Shown here: one piece after another, positions 16,317 through 19,686 of the stretch
Layout: each line of letters starts with the position of its first letter
Numbering within the stretch: position 1 is the first letter of the stretch
Source: Fibrobacterota bacterium
GTDB lineage: Bacteria > Fibrobacterota > Fibrobacteria > UBA11236
DNA length: 19,686 bases
Assembly (NCBI GenBank): GCA_043753995.1
Contig: JAYUVP010000278.1
Span: 1-19,686, forward strand
Direction of reading: 5' to 3'
Notes under the pieces: model-generated
What the model was told of the DNA's origin: nothing
What the model saw: the letters and a program-made list of their open reading frames with translations, nothing else
Databases searched by the model: none
Position numbers and translations under genes: made by a program

Positions 16317-19300
16317 TTATCCACCGCCGGTCGCGCCACTGACGGATGCGCCGGGTTCGAGCAAGGTCGTGGGGAGTTCGAAGCGCAAATAATCGGGTGT
16401 ACTGAAAGGATTGTCACGCTCGGTGAGGTTGGCATCGAGCAGCACATCCACATCGTATTTGGAGGCGACATTGAATCGCCACTTGGCGCTGAATCCGCCG
16501 GGCCGCAAATTAAGGGCACGGGAGGCATCCATCAATTTCATCAGGCCCCAGGAGCCGTCTATGCGGCGTCCTTGCGAACCGCTACCCACGTTTTCAACCA
16601 GGATTTCGGCCCCTTTATAGGTGTTTTCATTGGGCCAGCGCAAGGTGGCTCGGGCTTGACCTTCGCCAGGCTTCACGCTGATGCGATCATCACCTAAGCG
16701 GAAAGTGATACGGGCGGTATTTCGCACTTCGGGCAAGGTGAGATTCATGGTGTAAATACGCAAAGCGGGAGGGTTCTCCGTATAGAGGCGCCGATTCACT
16801 TGCACGGTGCGGTAAATCGCCTGCAGGGCCGAAGCTCGGAAAGGTAGGCGGACGCCATTCCATGTCCGCACGGTGAATCCGTCATCGCCTTCTTTCACGA
16901 AATACTGCAATTTGCCATTGACGAAGGTGGCGAAGACACCGTTTTCAGGATTGAAAAAAGCCTTTAAGTCGTCGAGGTTGGCTTCTTGCGGCCCGGTCTT
17001 CAACATGGGGTAGCGCCCGCGCAAATTCTGATTGTAAAAGCCGATCACCTTTTGCTGATAAGAGCCTTCCAGTTGTTTGCCCACCGCATCGGCCAAATAA
17101 ATGGCCACGTCGCGTACGGGACCTTCGAGCAATGGGAAAAGCCAGGTTTGCCCTTCATAGCGAGCCTTCACTTTGTTGGCTTCATTCCAGCAGAAATTCA
17201 GCGGGCTTTCGGTTTTCCCCTGAAAGAGCTGCTGCGCCGCTTGCATCGTTTCACCAGCCGCATCTCCCGACAAGCTGATGCGCGATAACACTTCGGACAA
17301 GCCTTTGACTGCAGCGAGATAATCTTGCAAAACACCGCCACCCGCGGCGCCGGATAGCTCTTCGAGAAAGCGGAATTGTGCTTTCAGCTTCACCTTGTCG
17401 GCATCGCGATTTTGCATCGCCATTTTTGCGAGCTTGCCCAATTTTCCGGTTGCGAGTTTGCTTTTTTCGGCGGCTTGTTGGGCTTGCGAAGGCGGTGCGA
17501 GCAAATTGACTTCGTTGAGGACACGTCCCATAACGGCGGGTAAACCTTGGGTGGCCGAAGCATAACCGGAAAGCTTGCCAGCGGCGATGGCGGGTTCTGG
17601 GGGGACGCGTACGGATAGGCTTTGTAGAAAGCGCGTCCATTCTGCGGCATATTCTTGGAAATAGCGATCGACGAGAGCGCGATAAAGCTGATTTTGATCC
17701 TGCATTTCCGTGGGCAAAGCCATGGTCACATTGTCGCCTAGCACCCAATCCTTGCGATGGGGCGCCTCGGCTCCATCGCCCAGGAGAGACATGGCCTCTT
17801 CGTCGAAAACCGCCTTGGTGAAAATCCCGCGCACTCTTGCTGAACTTTTCAAGATGGCATCGGCAGGCACGCCCATGTCTTGCAAGGTCAAGTCTTTCGA
17901 CGCCTCGACGCTACTTACGATGGAAGAGAAAAGTCCCTCAATGCTGGGCATGCCCATGAGGGCTTTTCGCAAATCTTGTACGACGCGATCGTCGGCTTTT
18001 TCGACGGGACCGCGACGTCCGGCAATCAATTCCTCGGCGAAAAAGCGGCTATGGTCTTCGAATGCAGTCTCGAAATCGGGAGGCAAATTCTCTATGCCCA
18101 TCCGCGATCCCAATTCCGGCGCCCAAAAGCCATTCAATTGGGCACCGAATTCTTCTGGCTTGAGTTCTTCCAGATGCTCGTGCCCCGAAGGGGTCAGCAG
18201 CAAATACATCTTGAGTTGGTCATGCAAGGCGCCTTGTTGCGAGGGGAAGAAATCCGAGGCGCCGACTGCCAGTGCCGCCGTCAAGGAGCGCATGGCTGGG
18301 CGGGTGATGAGCCGGTCCATTTGCGCTTGATGAGTGCGAGTGGCGAGACGAATGGCTTCGGCATTGTGGCCGAATCCGGGAGGCAGCATCCACCCGCCTT
18401 CGCCGCCTTCTTGCAAGGCACGAATACGTTGCAGTAGGCTGTCGAGTACCGCGAATTCCCGAGGAAATTGAGAAGGCTGGGCGAAGCGCAATTGTCCGGT
18501 GGCAACCGTCAAATTTCCGAGAGCATGCAAACGCGATGTCGAGAGGAAATAGCCGCTAATGCCCCAGGCTAAAATCAAGAGCGAGAAAACAGCCGTAATG
18601 CCGCCCATAAGTAGGGAACGTCTCGAAACCGAACCCAGTCGATAACCTGGAAAGCGGGCTAGACTAAGGTCATTTTTTAGAACGCCGCTGAAAATCAAGT
18701 GGGTGAAAAGCGAGCGAGTGGTGGGCCCCGTAGCCGCAGCCGAGCTCATGGCCATGGGTTTGGCGAGTTTCGCGCGAGGATCGAGAGGATGAAAGACCTG
18801 GGCCGCCTGGGCCTGGGCAAAGGGATCCATTGTCCCTACCGCTTGTCCGTCAGCCGTGACGCTGGTGAGAAAAAAACCGCGAAACAAGGGGCGTTCGCGA
18901 TTCATGGTTTCTTTGAAAAGATGTTCGAGAAAGGTGCCTAGGCGCTCTTGGGCGGCACCAAATTCATTGGCAAAAGCGAAAATGCGTTGCTTCTGGCCGA
19001 TGTCGGTGACTTGGGCCAAGCGATAGGGCGTGCGGGCGTGAAGATTGTCCCAAATGCGTTTGAATTCGCGCTCGAAACGCTGGCGTATCGGTCCAAAATT
19101 GCCTTTCAAGGCAAAGGTGGCTCCAAGGACTTGCTGGCTGTCGGGGTCACGCAAATTATTGAAAAAGTCAGTGAAGCCTGGCAATAAATCGGCATGGGTG
19201 AAAACCACATAAATCGGCAATTCGAGGCTTAATTGCGATTGCACCAAGGCGACCCGGTCGCGATAACGCGCCGCTAGGTCGGGCAATCTTTCCGCGGATT

Positions 19301-19686
19301 GGATGACTTCACGAAGGGAAACCGTTAGCAAAATGCCGTCGAGGGTGGTTTTCTTGCCTTCGTTTTCAATGAGTTTGAGAAAGGCGGTGAATTCTTCGTC
19401 CCCCTCTTCACCCGTGAGATAGCGATAAGGGGTTTCCAGAAAAATGCCGAGACTACTCATCCACCATTGGGTGAAGCTTCGGTTTTGCCTCGCCAAATCG
19501 GCCGCGGCAGGAAAGCGTCGGGGAAAGTTCACGCCCGAATTTTCCAGAAGGGATGTCTTGCCCGAGCCGGTGCCACCGAGCATCAGAAAAAAGCGAAAGA
19601 CATCGAGAGGGTTTTGGCCAACGCCAGCCTTGCCTTTACCCGTGGATTTGAGAATGCCCAAAACCTCGTCGGTTTCTTTTCTTAGA
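16317..19686 (-). CDS. tssM: T6SS membrane-complex subunit TssM (IcmF); 5' part lies outside the window
   Basis: P-loop GGTGSGKT, LPIYVVFTHADLLPGF..FF, QVLGATF, FRGFFLTS, a TM helix (LLMGGITAVFSLLILAWGISGYF), LKMYLLL, GRYPM, FFNPENGVFATF and GSWGLMKLMD. The frame stays open from 19661 to the window edge. Confidence 0.95.
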   Translation of the reverse strand, partial: LRKETDEVLGILKSTGKGKAGVGQNPLDVFRFFLMLGGTGSGKTSLLENSGVNFPRRFPAAADLARQNRSFTQWWMSSLGIFLETPYRYLTGEEGDEEFTAFLKLIENEGKKTTLDGILLTVSLREVIQSAERLPDLAARYRDRVALVQSQLSLELPIYVVFTHADLLPGFTDFFNNLRDPDSQQVLGATFALKGNFGPIRQRFEREFKRIWDNLHARTPYRLAQVTDIGQKQRIFAFANEFGAAQERLGTFLEHLFKETMNRERPLFRGFFLTSVTADGQAVGTMDPFAQAQAAQVFHPLDPRAKLAKPMAMSSAAATGPTTRSLFTHLIFSGVLKNDLSLARFPGYRLGSVSRRSLLMGGITAVFSLLILAWGISGYFLSTSRLHALGNLTVATGQLRFAQPSQFPREFAVLDSLLQRIRALQEGGEGGWMLPPGFGHNAEAIRLATRTHQAQMDRLITRPAMRSLTAALAVGASDFFPSQQGALHDQLKMYLLLTPSGHEHLEELKPEEFGAQLNGFWAPELGSRMGIENLPPDFETAFEDHSRFFAEELIAGRRGPVEKADDRVVQDLRKALMGMPSIEGLFSSIVSSVEASKDLTLQDMGVPADAILKSSARVRGIFTKAVFDEEAMSLLGDGAEAPHRKDWVLGDNVTMALPTEMQDQNQLYRALVDRYFQEYAAEWTRFLQSLSVRVPPEPAIAAGKLSGYASATQGLPAVMGRVLNEVNLLAPPSQAQQAAEKSKLATGKLGKLAKMAMQNRDADKVKLKAQFRFLEELSGAAGGGVLQDYLAAVKGLSEVLSRISLSGDAAGETMQAAQQLFQGKTESPLNFCWNEANKVKARYEGQTWLFPLLEGPVRDVAIYLADAVGKQLEGSYQQKVIGFYNQNLRGRYPMLKTGPQEANLDDLKAFFNPENGVFATFVNGKLQYFVKEGDDGFTVRTWNGVRLPFRASALQAIYRTVQVNRRLYTENPPALRIYTMNLTLPEVRNTARITFRLGDDRISVKPGEGQARATLRWPNENTYKGAEILVENVGSGSQGRRIDGSWGLMKLMDASRALNLRPGGFSAKWRFNVASKYDVDVLLDANLTERDNPFSTPDYLRFELPTTLLEPGASVSGATGGG

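Noticed and set aside
17710..18437. 206-aa and 185-aa plus-strand ORFs
   Set aside because: Antisense to tssM, with no motifs or convincing translation signals.

Overview
Bacterial chromosomal window, moderately GC-rich and probably from a diderm host; almost all genes are on the minus strand. Read in the direction of transcription (right to left), it holds the distal part of a type VI secretion system (T6SS) cluster: tssM (cut by the window edge), tssA, tssB, tssC, hcp, tssE, tssF, tssG. Only 23 bp further on is a four-gene CUT1-type carbohydrate ABC importer, then a Phd/YefM-ParE/RelE type II toxin-antitoxin pair converging on a plus-strand tRNA-Ala(CGC) and its terminator. A Gfo/Idh/MocA oxidoreductase follows, then thiC under a TPP riboswitch. 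The most notable non-coding signal is that hcp appears insulated by terminators on both sides and has a perfect TGTGA-N6-TCACA (CRP-type) box placed -41.5 from a TATTCT -10 element, the class II activator geometry. The gene families are all known. What may be new is the regulatory design, the tight T6SS/sugar-importer juxtaposition, a possibly mosaic T6SS, degenerate NTPase motifs in TssM and several candidate leaderless transcripts. No integrase, CRISPR array or att repeat was seen. All family assignments are from motif recognition, not database searches.
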